Origin: Wigglesworthia glossinidia endosymbiont of Glossina morsitans morsitans (Yale colony)
Lineage (GTDB): Bacteria; Pseudomonadota; Gammaproteobacteria; Enterobacterales; Enterobacteriaceae
NCBI RefSeq assembly: GCF_000247565.1
Contig: NC_016893.1
Location: forward strand, 60,001 to 92,000
Direction: 5' to 3'
DNA length: 32,000 bases
Shown: positions 9,603-19,170 of the stretch, in pieces
Position numbering within the stretch: the first letter of the stretch is position 1
Layout: each line of letters opens with the position of its first letter
Made by a program: the position numbers and the translations under genes
Notes under the pieces: generated by a model
Seen by the model: the letters and a program-made list of their open reading frames with translations, nothing else
Told to the model about the DNA's origin: nothing
The model's database searches: none

Positions 9603-10868
9603 ATGTCTCATGTAATTAATACTAACATGCTATCTATAACTGCTCAAAATAATTTAAACAAGTCTCAGACATCTCTTAACACGGCAATTCAAAGACTTTC
9701 TTCCGGTTTAAGAATTAATAGCTCCAAAGATGATGCTGCCGGGCAAGCTATTAGCAATAGATTTACTTCGCTTATTAATGGTCTCGGTCAAGCAGCAAGA
9801 AATGCAAATGACGGTATTGCAGTTGCTCAAACTGCAGAGGGAGCTATTAACGAAATTAATGAAAACATGCATGCTATTCGACGTTTGACTGTACAAATTA
9901 AGTCTACTGCATCAGTTTCTAAAGCAGATAAAAAATCAATTCAAGACGAAATAAAGAAACGTCTTAGCGAAATTGATCGCTTAGCGGAACAAACAGAATT
10001 TAATGGAATGAAAATTCTTAGTCAAAATCAACGACTTAGCGTTCAAATTGGAGCAAATGACGGACAAGTAGTTAACATCGATCTATTTAAATTGGATACA
10101 GAATCTCTGCACGTTAAAGATTTTAATGTAAATTCAGATGCTCTGTACGCTTCTGACATAGACGAAAATGCTGTTACAAGTGCTAAGATAGGAATAGAAG
10201 CAAAAAAAATATTAGATTCTAGCACTCCAGAAAGTAAAAAGAACATTAAACGCCAATTATATGAATCAGGCGGCGAATATTTCTTTAAACAAATTGACGG
10301 CAATGAATACTATAAAGTAGAAATATCAAATACGGGAGTAGCACAGTACAACTCATCTTCCCCAGCCGAATTAACTGAAATACCTAAGTCAGTAAAAACA
10401 GCTCAAATAACAGTAGAAATTGATCCAAAAACGCTTGCAGTAGGAGAAACATTAAAATCTTATATGAAAGATGGTATTCAACAGTATCTTATACACAAAC
10501 AAGAAGGAGATAAAGAAATCTATCACGAAGCTATTATTAATTACGAAGGAAAAGTAAAATCAGGTTCCGAACTAGATTTCGAAACACTTTTAACCATGGA
10601 CCCATTAAAAGAAATAGATGATGCTATCGCAAAAATAGACGATATACGAGGATCTTTAGGAGCAACTCAAAATCGATTAGGTTCCGTAATTAATAGTTTA
10701 AGTACTACAATAGCAAATTTGACACAGTCAAGATCAAATATTTTAGATGCAGATTTTGCCACAGAAGTATCTAACATGAATCGCGCTAACATTCTACAAC
10801 AAGCAGGTACAGCAGTTTTAGCACAAGCTAATGCGGTTCCTCAAAATATTTTAGCTCTATTAAGATAG
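9603..10868 (+). CDS. fliC: Flagellin FliC
   Basis: 421 aa. N-terminus 'INTNMLSITAQNNLNKSQTSLNTAIQRLSSGLRINSSKDDAAGQAISNRF' and C-terminus 'ILDADFATEVSNMNRANILQQAGTAVLAQANAVPQNILALLR' are canonical flagellin D0/D1. The ATG is preceded by GAGGG. Confidence 0.99.
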   Translation: MSHVINTNMLSITAQNNLNKSQTSLNTAIQRLSSGLRINSSKDDAAGQAISNRFTSLINGLGQAARNANDGIAVAQTAEGAINEINENMHAIRRLTVQIKSTASVSKADKKSIQDEIKKRLSEIDRLAEQTEFNGMKILSQNQRLSVQIGANDGQVVNIDLFKLDTESLHVKDFNVNSDALYASDIDENAVTSAKIGIEAKKILDSSTPESKKNIKRQLYESGGEYFFKQIDGNEYYKVEISNTGVAQYNSSSPAELTEIPKSVKTAQITVEIDPKTLAVGETLKSYMKDGIQQYLIHKQEGDKEIYHEAIINYEGKVKSGSELDFETLLTMDPLKEIDDAIAKIDDIRGSLGATQNRLGSVINSLSTTIANLTQSRSNILDADFATEVSNMNRANILQQAGTAVLAQANAVPQNILALLR

Positions 10869-10879
10869 AGAAATAAAAC

Positions 10880-10916
10880 AAATATATGGTCCTATATATT
10901 TCGGGGCCATATATTT
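10880..10916 (+). terminator. Hairpin downstream of fliC, candidate terminator or 3'-end stabiliser
   Basis: AAATATATGGTCCT (10880-10893), 9-nt loop, GGGGCCATATATTT (10903-10916). This gives a 14-bp stem including two G-U pairs, starting 11 nt after the fliC stop codon, with a short T tract. Confidence 0.75.
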
Positions 10917-10932
10917 TCAGAAAATAAATAAA

Positions 10933-11850
10933 TCAAAAAAACTCATTATTATAACAATACGAAGAACAAAATTCTTTAAACTTTTCGTTGCAAATTTTAC
11001 ACTGAAGAAAAAGTACATTACATTTTTTTCTTGCGCAATTTTTATGTAAATAAGATTGATTAATTTTACACTGATGACAATAAGATACTATATTTATATT
11101 AGTATTTTCAAACAGACGTGCATCAAATACAAACATTTTACCTAAAAATTTTACAGCATATTTTTTTTTTCTCATATAATTAATATAATTTATAATACCG
11201 CCTTTTAAAAAAAATACATGTTCGAAATTATTTTGTATTAACCATGCGCTCGCTTTTTCGCATCTAATACCTCCTGTACAATATAAAACAATCTTTTTAT
11301 GCTGATAATTTTTGAGCGCCCTAGTCATGTTTGTTAATTGGTTTCTAAAAGTTTGTGCAGGCACATGTATTGAATTTTCAAAATGTCCTATTTCATATTC
11401 ATAATTATTTCTTACATCTACAATTAAGCAATTTTTGCTATTAGACATAGTGTTAAATTGTTTCACTGATATACATTTGCCTAATTTTTCTACATTAAAT
11501 TTAAAATTTTTAATACCATCATTTACAATATGAGGTCTAACTTTTACTTGTAATTTATAAAAAGATATTGAATGATCGTCAGTCGAAAAATTAAATTTTA
11601 CATTTTTAAAAATTGGATTTAATTCATATAAAAAATTTTTTAATATATATATATATTTTTTATATATATAAATCTGCGCGTTAATGCCTTCTTGAGCAAT
11701 ATAAATTCTTCCCAAGATTTTTAACTCTTTTAATTTATTCAGTAATATTAATTGTAATTTTTTTGGATTTTGAATGTGGAAATATCGGTAAAAAGATATT
11801 GTTTTCTTTTCTTTAAAAGTTAAACTAGATTTTATATTAATGTTTTTCAT
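10933..11850 (-). CDS. trhO: tRNA uridine(34) hydroxylase / rhodanese-domain protein TrhO (YceA)
   Basis: 305 aa with rhodanese-type 'KIVLYCTGGIRCEKASAWLIQNNFEHVFFLKGGI' and a Cys-rich C-terminus 'CHQCKINQSYLHKNCARKKCNVLFLQCKICNEKF'. Confidence 0.93.
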   Translation of the reverse strand: MKNINIKSSLTFKEKKTISFYRYFHIQNPKKLQLILLNKLKELKILGRIYIAQEGINAQIYIYKKYIYILKNFLYELNPIFKNVKFNFSTDDHSISFYKLQVKVRPHIVNDGIKNFKFNVEKLGKCISVKQFNTMSNSKNCLIVDVRNNYEYEIGHFENSIHVPAQTFRNQLTNMTRALKNYQHKKIVLYCTGGIRCEKASAWLIQNNFEHVFFLKGGIINYINYMRKKKYAVKFLGKMFVFDARLFENTNINIVSYCHQCKINQSYLHKNCARKKCNVLFLQCKICNEKFKEFCSSYCYNNEFF

Positions 11851-11964
11851 AAAGATTTAAACAATTAAAATTTTTATATAAAAAATTGTATTTCAAAATT
11901 ATAAATCAAGCATAAATTTATTTCAAATTACATAAAAATTAAATTTTCGATAAAATTAATGTAA

Positions 11965-14469
11965 TTATTTTGATTTAAGTAAATTTTTTTTGGATTGTAA
12001 CCAAATTAAAAAATGTAACTTACTTAAAATTACAGGATCATTCAATATAAATAAGCGTTCAAAAATATCGAGATTTTTAATTCCTTTTAAAAAAATAATA
12101 TTTAAATACTTTTGTCTGTTGATTTCAATTAATTCAGAATGATTGTGTCGTGAATTTGCAAATGTTATAGCAAGTGCATTATACGCAGGATGTATAATAG
12201 CTTGAAAAAAACCATTTTTTAATAATCTTGATTGATTAATTTTAAAATATTTTTTAGTATTCACTAGTTCTTTTGGTGGTAAATATTCTTCAGGAATTAG
12301 AAATAAATTCAATTTTTTTAAAAATAAACCTATAGTCGAATAACTTGAATAAACAGAAATTAATGGCGACATAATCAACGCACTAAGAATAGGAATGAAC
12401 CAAAATAAATATTTAAAATTAATATAAAAAATTAATCCTAAGGTCCAAAAAATTCCAATTAATACTTGCGATAAATGATGCTTGAAAGCATCACGCCAAC
12501 TCGTGATTTCGTTGTTACGTTTTGGCGATTTCCACGTTATTGGACGTCCAATACATGCACTAAAAATAAAAAATGTATGACATACCATTTTAATCGGAGT
12601 AAAAAACATAGAAAATATTATTTCTAATAATATTGATAATATAAAACATTTAGCACCTCCAAATGGTTTTGAATTTTTGGAAATTATTAACGTTATACTA
12701 AATAACTTTGGTAAAAATAACAAAAATAAAGTTACAAAAAATAGTTCTGTAGCTATTTTTAAATACCAATAAGGAAAAAAATGAAAATAAGAGTTTATTG
12801 CAGAAATATATTGAAATTTAATATTATATATTATTTGTAATATTGTAGATAAAATTAAAAATGCAAACCAAAGCGGCGCTGATAAATACGACATCACTCC
12901 AGTTAAAAATACTATTCTATGCACTGGATGCAATCCTCTAACTAGAAATAATCTAAAATTCATTAAATTTCCGTAACACCATCTGCGATCTCGTTTTAAT
13001 TCATCTAATAAGTTAGGTGGTGGCTCTTCATAACTCCCAGGTATATCATATGCAATCCATACTCCCCACCCGGCACGACGCATTAGAGCGGCTTCAACAA
13101 AATCATGTGATAAAATTGATCCAGACAAAATTCCGCTTCCAGGAAGGGGGGCGAGAATACAATTTTTCATAAATGGTTGAATTCGAATAATAGCGTTATG
13201 TCCCCAATAATGTGATTCTCCTAATTGCCAAAAATGCATTCCAGCTGTAAATAAAGGAGTATATACTTGTGTTGCAAACTGATGATAACGTGCGTATAAA
13301 GTATTCATGCCTGAAGTTTTTGGAATACTTTGGATAATTCCTGCTTTAGGATTTGATTCCATTAATTTGACAAGATGAATAAGACAATTTCCGCTCATGA
13401 CACTATCTGCATCTAAAATAACCATATATGAGTATTTTTTACCCCATCTGCGGCAAAAATCATCAATATTTCCACTTTTTTGTTTTATACGTCTATGACG
13501 ACGTCGGTAAAAAATATTATTAAATCCCTTGGTTTCTTCACATAATTCTATCCAAGACTTTTGTTCTGAAACACAAATATCTGGATTGTAACTATCGCTT
13601 AATATATATATATCAAAAAATTTAATTTTTCCAGTAGCTATAATAGATTCATAAGTAGCTTTTAAACCTGCAAATACACGTTCAACATTTTCATTACAAA
13701 TCGGCATTAAAATCGCAGTTCGGTGGTGATGATTTAATTTTTTTTTAATATGATTGTTAGAAATATTAAATTTATCATTTTTTACACTTAATTGAATAAA
13801 TCCCATAAATGCAGTCCAAAAACTAGCTGAAACCCAAAAAAATAAAACAAAAAATAGTAATAATATTGTAGTATGTAATGTATATAAGATAATTTTTTCA
13901 GAATATTTTAAAAAACTATAATTGAAGTTATGAATTAAATTTATACAAGATAAATTTTGGTGTAATAAAATACTATTTAACTTGTATGATGCTATCGTAG
14001 TTTGTATTAAAATTAAAAGTAAAAATATATATCTTCTTGCAATACCTACAATTCTCCATTTTTCTAAATTACACTTTTTTTTATTCTTAAAAATAAATTG
14101 AAAAATTTTTTTTTTATTAAAAAGTTGTTTAAAAATTAATATGTAAGAATTAATTATCCATGGTGTTGGAGCAATACTAGAACGATTTACTTTAGGTGTA
14201 GATCGGATTAATGGACGATTATTGGAATCTTTTATCATTATTTTTGGAAAATTTATAATTTTTGGCCAAGCTAATTTAAGACGTTTTTTTACAGATGACA
14301 TCGTGATATCTTTCCAACAAAACATATTATATTTTTTATTTTTATTTTCGATTAAAGCACGATGTATGTAAAATAATCGTTTATAAGTGTATTTGTATAT
14401 CTTGTGAGTTAAAATATCAATTTTTTTATTTGAACACTTTAAAAGTTTTATATAACTTGTATTAAGCAA
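11965..14469 (-). CDS. opgH: Glucans biosynthesis glucosyltransferase H (OpgH/MdoH)
   Basis: 834 aa with '[29 protein letters not shown]', '[39 protein letters not shown]', '[57 protein letters not shown]'; colinear with the enteric protein as I recall it. Confidence 0.98.
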   Translation of the reverse strand: MLNTSYIKLLKCSNKKIDILTHKIYKYTYKRLFYIHRALIENKNKKYNMFCWKDITMSSVKKRLKLAWPKIINFPKIMIKDSNNRPLIRSTPKVNRSSIAPTPWIINSYILIFKQLFNKKKIFQFIFKNKKKCNLEKWRIVGIARRYIFLLLILIQTTIASYKLNSILLHQNLSCINLIHNFNYSFLKYSEKIILYTLHTTILLLFFVLFFWVSASFWTAFMGFIQLSVKNDKFNISNNHIKKKLNHHHRTAILMPICNENVERVFAGLKATYESIIATGKIKFFDIYILSDSYNPDICVSEQKSWIELCEETKGFNNIFYRRRHRRIKQKSGNIDDFCRRWGKKYSYMVILDADSVMSGNCLIHLVKLMESNPKAGIIQSIPKTSGMNTLYARYHQFATQVYTPLFTAGMHFWQLGESHYWGHNAIIRIQPFMKNCILAPLPGSGILSGSILSHDFVEAALMRRAGWGVWIAYDIPGSYEEPPPNLLDELKRDRRWCYGNLMNFRLFLVRGLHPVHRIVFLTGVMSYLSAPLWFAFLILSTILQIIYNIKFQYISAINSYFHFFPYWYLKIATELFFVTLFLLFLPKLFSITLIISKNSKPFGGAKCFILSILLEIIFSMFFTPIKMVCHTFFIFSACIGRPITWKSPKRNNEITSWRDAFKHHLSQVLIGIFWTLGLIFYINFKYLFWFIPILSALIMSPLISVYSSYSTIGLFLKKLNLFLIPEEYLPPKELVNTKKYFKINQSRLLKNGFFQAIIHPAYNALAITFANSRHNHSELIEINRQKYLNIIFLKGIKNLDIFERLFILNDPVILSKLHFLIWLQSKKNLLKSK

Positions 14470-14954
14470 AGTAAAATCTCGTCTAATTATTTTAGTTTAA
14501 AATTAATATAAATTAAAATTTCAATTTTTATATGTATTAAAATTTAAAATAATTTTTAATTATTCATAATGATAAATTTTTGATCTTTATAAGATATCTT
14601 TGAAAAATTTTATAAATTCATTTGAAAAAATTAAATATATTAAATATAATTGATTTATATCAAATATATAAATTTATTGAAACATATCATAGTTCATTAT
14701 ATAATAATAAATATAGTAATTTTACTACAATTTAGTTTATTAATTTTAAAAGGCAGAAGATCTTTAATATGAAATTTACTTATATTTAAATATTTTAAAA
14801 ATTTTTTCAGAATTATTTTATTTTCATTTTGAAAACTAAAAATTTATTTTTGATTGAAGCATATTTATTAGTTTAATAAAATAAATCAAGTATATATTTT
14901 ATACATAAAAAAATTGATTATATACTTTTTTAATCGTTATTTCATGTAAATATT

Positions 14955-15704
14955 TCAAAAATTATTTTTCATTTCTCTAAGAGTTTTAAAAATATACCAT
15001 TCTTCTTCTAGTAATAAAGATTTTAGCTTGCCTTGAAAATTGAAATTGTAAGGATTTAAAAAGATGTTAATTTGACGTTCTAAATATAATATAGACGGCA
15101 CAGTGGGTTTTTTATGCAAACGTAGCATTTCGACATGTTTTTTATAAAGTAGCAATGCAGCATTTTCAGGTAATATACTAAGCGCAAAATTCAAATTTTG
15201 CAAAGTATATTCGTGTCCTGCACAAATTAGTGTATTTGGAGGCATCTTATTTATTTTTTTAATTGATAGATACATATCATAAGCATTTCCTTCAAATAAT
15301 CTTCCACATCCTGCAGAAAATAAAGTGTCACCAGAAAAAAACCATGGGGTAGTATAAAATCCTATATGACCTAAAGTGTGTCCGGGAAGATTAAATACCT
15401 GAAATATTTGATTTAATAAAAATAACTTATCTCCTTCTTTTACTATTTTAGTAGTACCGTTATAGATTGTTTCTTTAGGGCCATATACAGGAATTTGAAA
15501 AATATCTTTCAATTTTTGTACGCCATCAACATGATCGTAATGATGATGCGTTAATAATATTGCGATTGGTATAAAATTTTTTTTTACACATAACTTATAT
15601 ACAGAACTATATTCTCCTGGATCAATAATTAAACATTCTTTTTTTTCATTATATAAAATCCAAATATAGTTATCTTTATTTGATTCAATCTTAGTAAGAT
15701 ACAT
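14955..15704 (-). CDS. gloB: Hydroxyacylglutathione hydrolase (glyoxalase II)
   Basis: 249 aa with metallo-beta-lactamase motif 'LTHHHYDHVDG', 'LPGHTLGHIGF', 'GDTLFSAGCGRLFEG', 'CAGHEYTLQNLNFA'; next to rnhA/dnaQ as in E. coli. Confidence 0.96.
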   Translation of the reverse strand: MYLTKIESNKDNYIWILYNEKKECLIIDPGEYSSVYKLCVKKNFIPIAILLTHHHYDHVDGVQKLKDIFQIPVYGPKETIYNGTTKIVKEGDKLFLLNQIFQVFNLPGHTLGHIGFYTTPWFFSGDTLFSAGCGRLFEGNAYDMYLSIKKINKMPPNTLICAGHEYTLQNLNFALSILPENAALLLYKKHVEMLRLHKKPTVPSILYLERQINIFLNPYNFNFQGKLKSLLLEEEWYIFKTLREMKNNF

Positions 15705-16023
15705 ATAGTTTTCCTGGTTGAGTTGAAATTAATAACATTATTTATTTTTAATACTATTTAATGCATAGTAAACTTATAAAATAAATTGTAATTAATTTTT
15801 TTTATACAATAAAAAAATTTTTTTTATTTAACATAGAATTATATCATAATTGCGTTATTATATTTTTGATAAAAAATTTATAACGTTCATGAAAAAAATT
15901 TTTATTAAAAAAAATTAAAATTTATATTAGTCAATATAAATTTTATTCAATAAAATACGAATAAACTTTGAGCATCTAAAAAATATAATATTAAATATTG
16001 AAATTAAAAATATAATATTAATT

Positions 16024-16488
16024 TTAACATTTTCGATACTTTATATCTACCGTACTAGGATTTTCAGCAGCAAGACGTGCTAATAAATCACACCTGTCAT
16101 GCTCTGTGTAATTTGTATGTCCTTTAATCCAATTCCAGTGAACAAGATGTTTTTTTATAAGCGAATCAAGTTGTTTCCATAAATCAATATTTTTTACAGG
16201 TTTATTTCTTTTTGTTTTCCAATCATTTTGTTTCCAAAATTGGATCCATTTTGTAATTCCATATCTTAAATAGTTACTGTCTGTATTCAAAGTAATATTA
16301 TAAATATCTTCTAATGATTCTAAAGCTATGATAGCTGCTAATAATTCCATTCTGTTATTAGTCGTAAAATAATATCCATTACTAATTTCTTTATATAATC
16401 CATCACCAAATATTAAAATACCATATCCTCCTGGTCCAGGATTCCCTAAACATGATCCATCTGTAAATATTTTAATTTTCTTTTTCAT
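16024..16488 (-). CDS. rnhA: Ribonuclease HI
   Basis: 154 aa 'IFTDGSCLGNPGPGGYGIL', 'NNRMELLAAIIALE', 'TDSNYLRYGITKWI', 'WIKGHTNYTEHDRCDLLA'. Confidence 0.98.
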   Translation of the reverse strand: MKKKIKIFTDGSCLGNPGPGGYGILIFGDGLYKEISNGYYFTTNNRMELLAAIIALESLEDIYNITLNTDSNYLRYGITKWIQFWKQNDWKTKRNKPVKNIDLWKQLDSLIKKHLVHWNWIKGHTNYTEHDRCDLLARLAAENPSTVDIKYRKC

Positions 16489-16532
16489 TGTAATGTATTA
16501 ATATCTTAAAAACATTTAATTATTTTTAATAT

Positions 16533-17279
16533 ATGCAAACTCAAATTGATAGACAAATTGTTTTAGATACTGAAACAACTGGAATCAATAAATATGGACC
16601 ACATTATTATAATCATAAAATAATTGAGATTGGAGCAATAGAAATTATTAATCGTAGATTCACCAATCAATGTTTTCATACATATTTAAAACCCAATCGT
16701 CCCGTAGATATTTCTGCTTTTAAAATACATGGTATTAGTGATGAATTCTTATTTGATAAACCTATTTTTTCTAATATAGCTTTAGATTTTATTAATTTTA
16801 TCAAAGGGTCGGAGTTAATAATTCATAATGCTAATTTTGATGTAGGATTTATAAATTACGAACTTAAATTAATGCAAAATAATCTTCAAAATATTGCAGA
16901 AATTTGCACTGTTACAGATACATTAAAATTAGCAAGAAAAATATTCCCCGGAAAACGTAACAATCTGGATGCATTATCCGAGAGATATGGTGTAAATACT
17001 GCAAAAAGAACTATGCATGGAGCATTATTAGATGCTGAAATCCTTTCTCATGTATATCTGTCAATGACAGGAGGGCAAATTTGCATAAATTTTTCAAAAA
17101 AAATGAATGCTAATATTTTACGAAAAAATTATAAATTTTTTGATAAAAATCATCATAAAAAAACAATAAAAACAAGCACTCCGATAATTTATGCAAATGC
17201 AGAAGAAATACATGCACATAAAAAATATATTCAAATGATAAAAAATACAAATAATTTTTGTTTATGGGATGAAAAATAA
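16533..17279 (+). CDS. dnaQ: DNA polymerase III epsilon subunit (3'-5' proofreading exonuclease)
   Basis: 248 aa with ExoI 'IVLDTETTGIN', ExoII 'LIIHNANFDVGFIN' and ExoIII 'MHGALLDAEILSHVY'; divergent from rnhA. Confidence 0.97.
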   Translation: MQTQIDRQIVLDTETTGINKYGPHYYNHKIIEIGAIEIINRRFTNQCFHTYLKPNRPVDISAFKIHGISDEFLFDKPIFSNIALDFINFIKGSELIIHNANFDVGFINYELKLMQNNLQNIAEICTVTDTLKLARKIFPGKRNNLDALSERYGVNTAKRTMHGALLDAEILSHVYLSMTGGQICINFSKKMNANILRKNYKFFDKNHHKKTIKTSTPIIYANAEEIHAHKKYIQMIKNTNNFCLWDEK

Positions 17280-17316
17280 AAATTTTCACGAAACTTATAA
17301 ATACATTAATTTAAGA

Positions 17317-17892
17317 TCAAAGATCTCTACTATATAGATAGTAAGAAGTACGTTTAGTAGTTTTTTTTCTATATATCTTCCAACTTTTTGGAACTATAGG
17401 ATCTGAATTTGATCGATCTATTTCAATGTAAATCCACGATTTTTGCTTTAAAAAATAATTTTTTTCTAAAAAATAAACTACATAATTAACTAAATTAATA
17501 TTTAAATATGGAGGATCAATAAAAACTATATCAAAAGAAAATCGTGGTTTTTTTAACCAAATTAAAATATTCGTCGTGATAACACGAAAATTTTTTGCAT
17601 GTAAATCATTTAATTTTTTCATTAATCTTAGATTAAGATATAAATTTTTTTCTATAAAAAAAACAAATTTGGCATATCTTGACAACGCTTCACTACCCAA
17701 TATACCGGTACCAGAAAAACAATCTAAACATAAAGATCCTTGAACAACAGGAGCAAGCCAATTAAACAATGTTTCTCGAATCGAACTTAAAGTAGGACGC
17801 AAATCAGTAATAAATGGTACTAAAAATTTTGTATTTTTCCATTTTCCTCCAATAATACGAATTTTATGTTTATTTAAATTTTTTATGTTCAT
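17317..17892 (-). CDS. rsmD: 16S rRNA (guanine(966)-N(2))-methyltransferase RsmD
   Basis: 191 aa 'IRIIGGKWKNTKFLVP...LRPTLSSIRETLFNWL', 'CLDCFSGTGILGSEALSR', 'FDIVFIDPPY'; divergent from ftsY. Confidence 0.95.
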   Translation of the reverse strand: MNIKNLNKHKIRIIGGKWKNTKFLVPFITDLRPTLSSIRETLFNWLAPVVQGSLCLDCFSGTGILGSEALSRYAKFVFFIEKNLYLNLRLMKKLNDLHAKNFRVITTNILIWLKKPRFSFDIVFIDPPYLNINLVNYVVYFLEKNYFLKQKSWIYIEIDRSNSDPIVPKSWKIYRKKTTKRTSYYLYSRDL

Positions 17893-18062
17893 TTTTATGA
17901 TTATAATTATTTATTTAATTATGATTTTAAATATTTATTTAAAAATAGATTATTGATTTAAACTTAATTAAAAATTTAATTAAATGATTAAAATTAACTA
18001 ATTTTTTAATGGTATAATATATTAATTAATATTTTTTAGTAAACTATCACATAACAAAAAGA

Positions 18063-19031
18063 ATGAAAAATACAAATATAGAAAAAAAATCTAATTTTTT
18101 GAAACAATTTAATACTAAAATTTTTGCCAATATAAAATCAAGCTTAATTAACAGCCAAAAATATTTTGGCAAAAAATTGTCTAACATTTTTCAATCTAAA
18201 CAAATAAATGAAACATTATTTAATGAAATTGAAACACATTTGTTAAGTTCTGATTTAGGAGTACAAACTACAAAAAAAATTCTTGATAGTTTAATAATCG
18301 AAAATAAAAAAAAAAATATTGTATGTTCTAATGAATTATATATTTTACTTAAAAAAGAAATTTTGAATATTCTAATTAAAGTGCAAAAACCAATTACTTT
18401 TAACAAAAAAATGCCATTTATTATTTTAATGGTAGGCGTAAATGGTGTAGGAAAAACTACTACTATTGTAAAAATGGCATATAAATACAAGTCAGAAGGA
18501 AAAAAAGTAGTAATAGTAGCAGGAGATACATTTCGTGCTGGAGCCATAGAACAAATAAAAATATTAGGAGATAAATACGATATTCCAGTAATTTATGATT
18601 ATTATAAATCTGATGCGGCTTCAATAATATTTATGGCAATTAATTATGCCAAAAAAAATAAAATTCAAATTTTAATTATAGATACTGCAGGAAGATTACA
18701 TAATAAAATTAATTTAATGAAAGAACTTAAAAAAATAGTACAAGTTATTAAAAAATTAGATTTTACAGCTCCGCATGAAACTATGATCGCTATTGATGCA
18801 CATACCGGTCAAAATACTATAAATCAGGTAAAAATTTTTAACAACATTATCGATATTAGCGGAATTACATTAACAAAATTAGACGGTACTGCAAAAGGTG
18901 GAGCAATTATTGGATTAGCGAATGAATTTCATATTCCTATTCGTTATATTGGATATGGCAAACATGTTCAAGATTTATACCAATTTCAATCTAGTACATT
19001 TGTAGAAGCATTATTTTCTCAAAAAAAATAA
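18063..19031 (+). CDS. ftsY: Signal recognition particle receptor FtsY (short form lacking the long acidic N-terminal region)
   Basis: 322 aa with 'ILMVGVNGVGKTTTIVKMAYKYKSEGKKVVIVAGDTFRAGAIEQIKI', 'LIIDTAGRLHNK', 'GITLTKLDGTAKGGAIIGLANEFHIPIRYIGYG'. Confidence 0.97.
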   Translation: MKNTNIEKKSNFLKQFNTKIFANIKSSLINSQKYFGKKLSNIFQSKQINETLFNEIETHLLSSDLGVQTTKKILDSLIIENKKKNIVCSNELYILLKKEILNILIKVQKPITFNKKMPFIILMVGVNGVGKTTTIVKMAYKYKSEGKKVVIVAGDTFRAGAIEQIKILGDKYDIPVIYDYYKSDAASIIFMAINYAKKNKIQILIIDTAGRLHNKINLMKELKKIVQVIKKLDFTAPHETMIAIDAHTGQNTINQVKIFNNIIDISGITLTKLDGTAKGGAIIGLANEFHIPIRYIGYGKHVQDLYQFQSSTFVEALFSQKK

Positions 19032-19170
19032 AATTTTTGTTACTTATAATTGAAGGTATTATACATAACAATTAATTTAAAAAAAGTTAATTTAAATTTT
19101 TTAAAATTATTAATTTTTAACAAATTTATTGTAATAAATTTAATAAATATATAATATATTTTACTATATT

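Noticed and set aside
9708-10303. 62-aa and 86-aa minus-strand ORFs (9708-9896, 10043-10303) inside fliC
   Set aside because: Antisense shadow ORFs in a highly conserved coding region; no support from motifs or RBS.
14470-14954. 485-bp gap upstream of opgH as a possible opgG pseudogene or tRNA site
   Set aside because: I could not see any OpgG-like peptide in the frames I read, nor a T-loop consensus or cloverleaf. Reported only as absence of opgG, not as a remnant.
15705-16023. Low-complexity A/T runs between gloB and rnhA as a possible repeat or replication-related element
   Set aside because: Only simple A/T homopolymers typical of intergenic decay; no repeated unit, iterons or DnaA-box-like sequences noticed.
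18191-18547. 118-aa minus-strand ORF inside ftsY
   Set aside because: Antisense to the FtsY G-domain; no recognisable domain.
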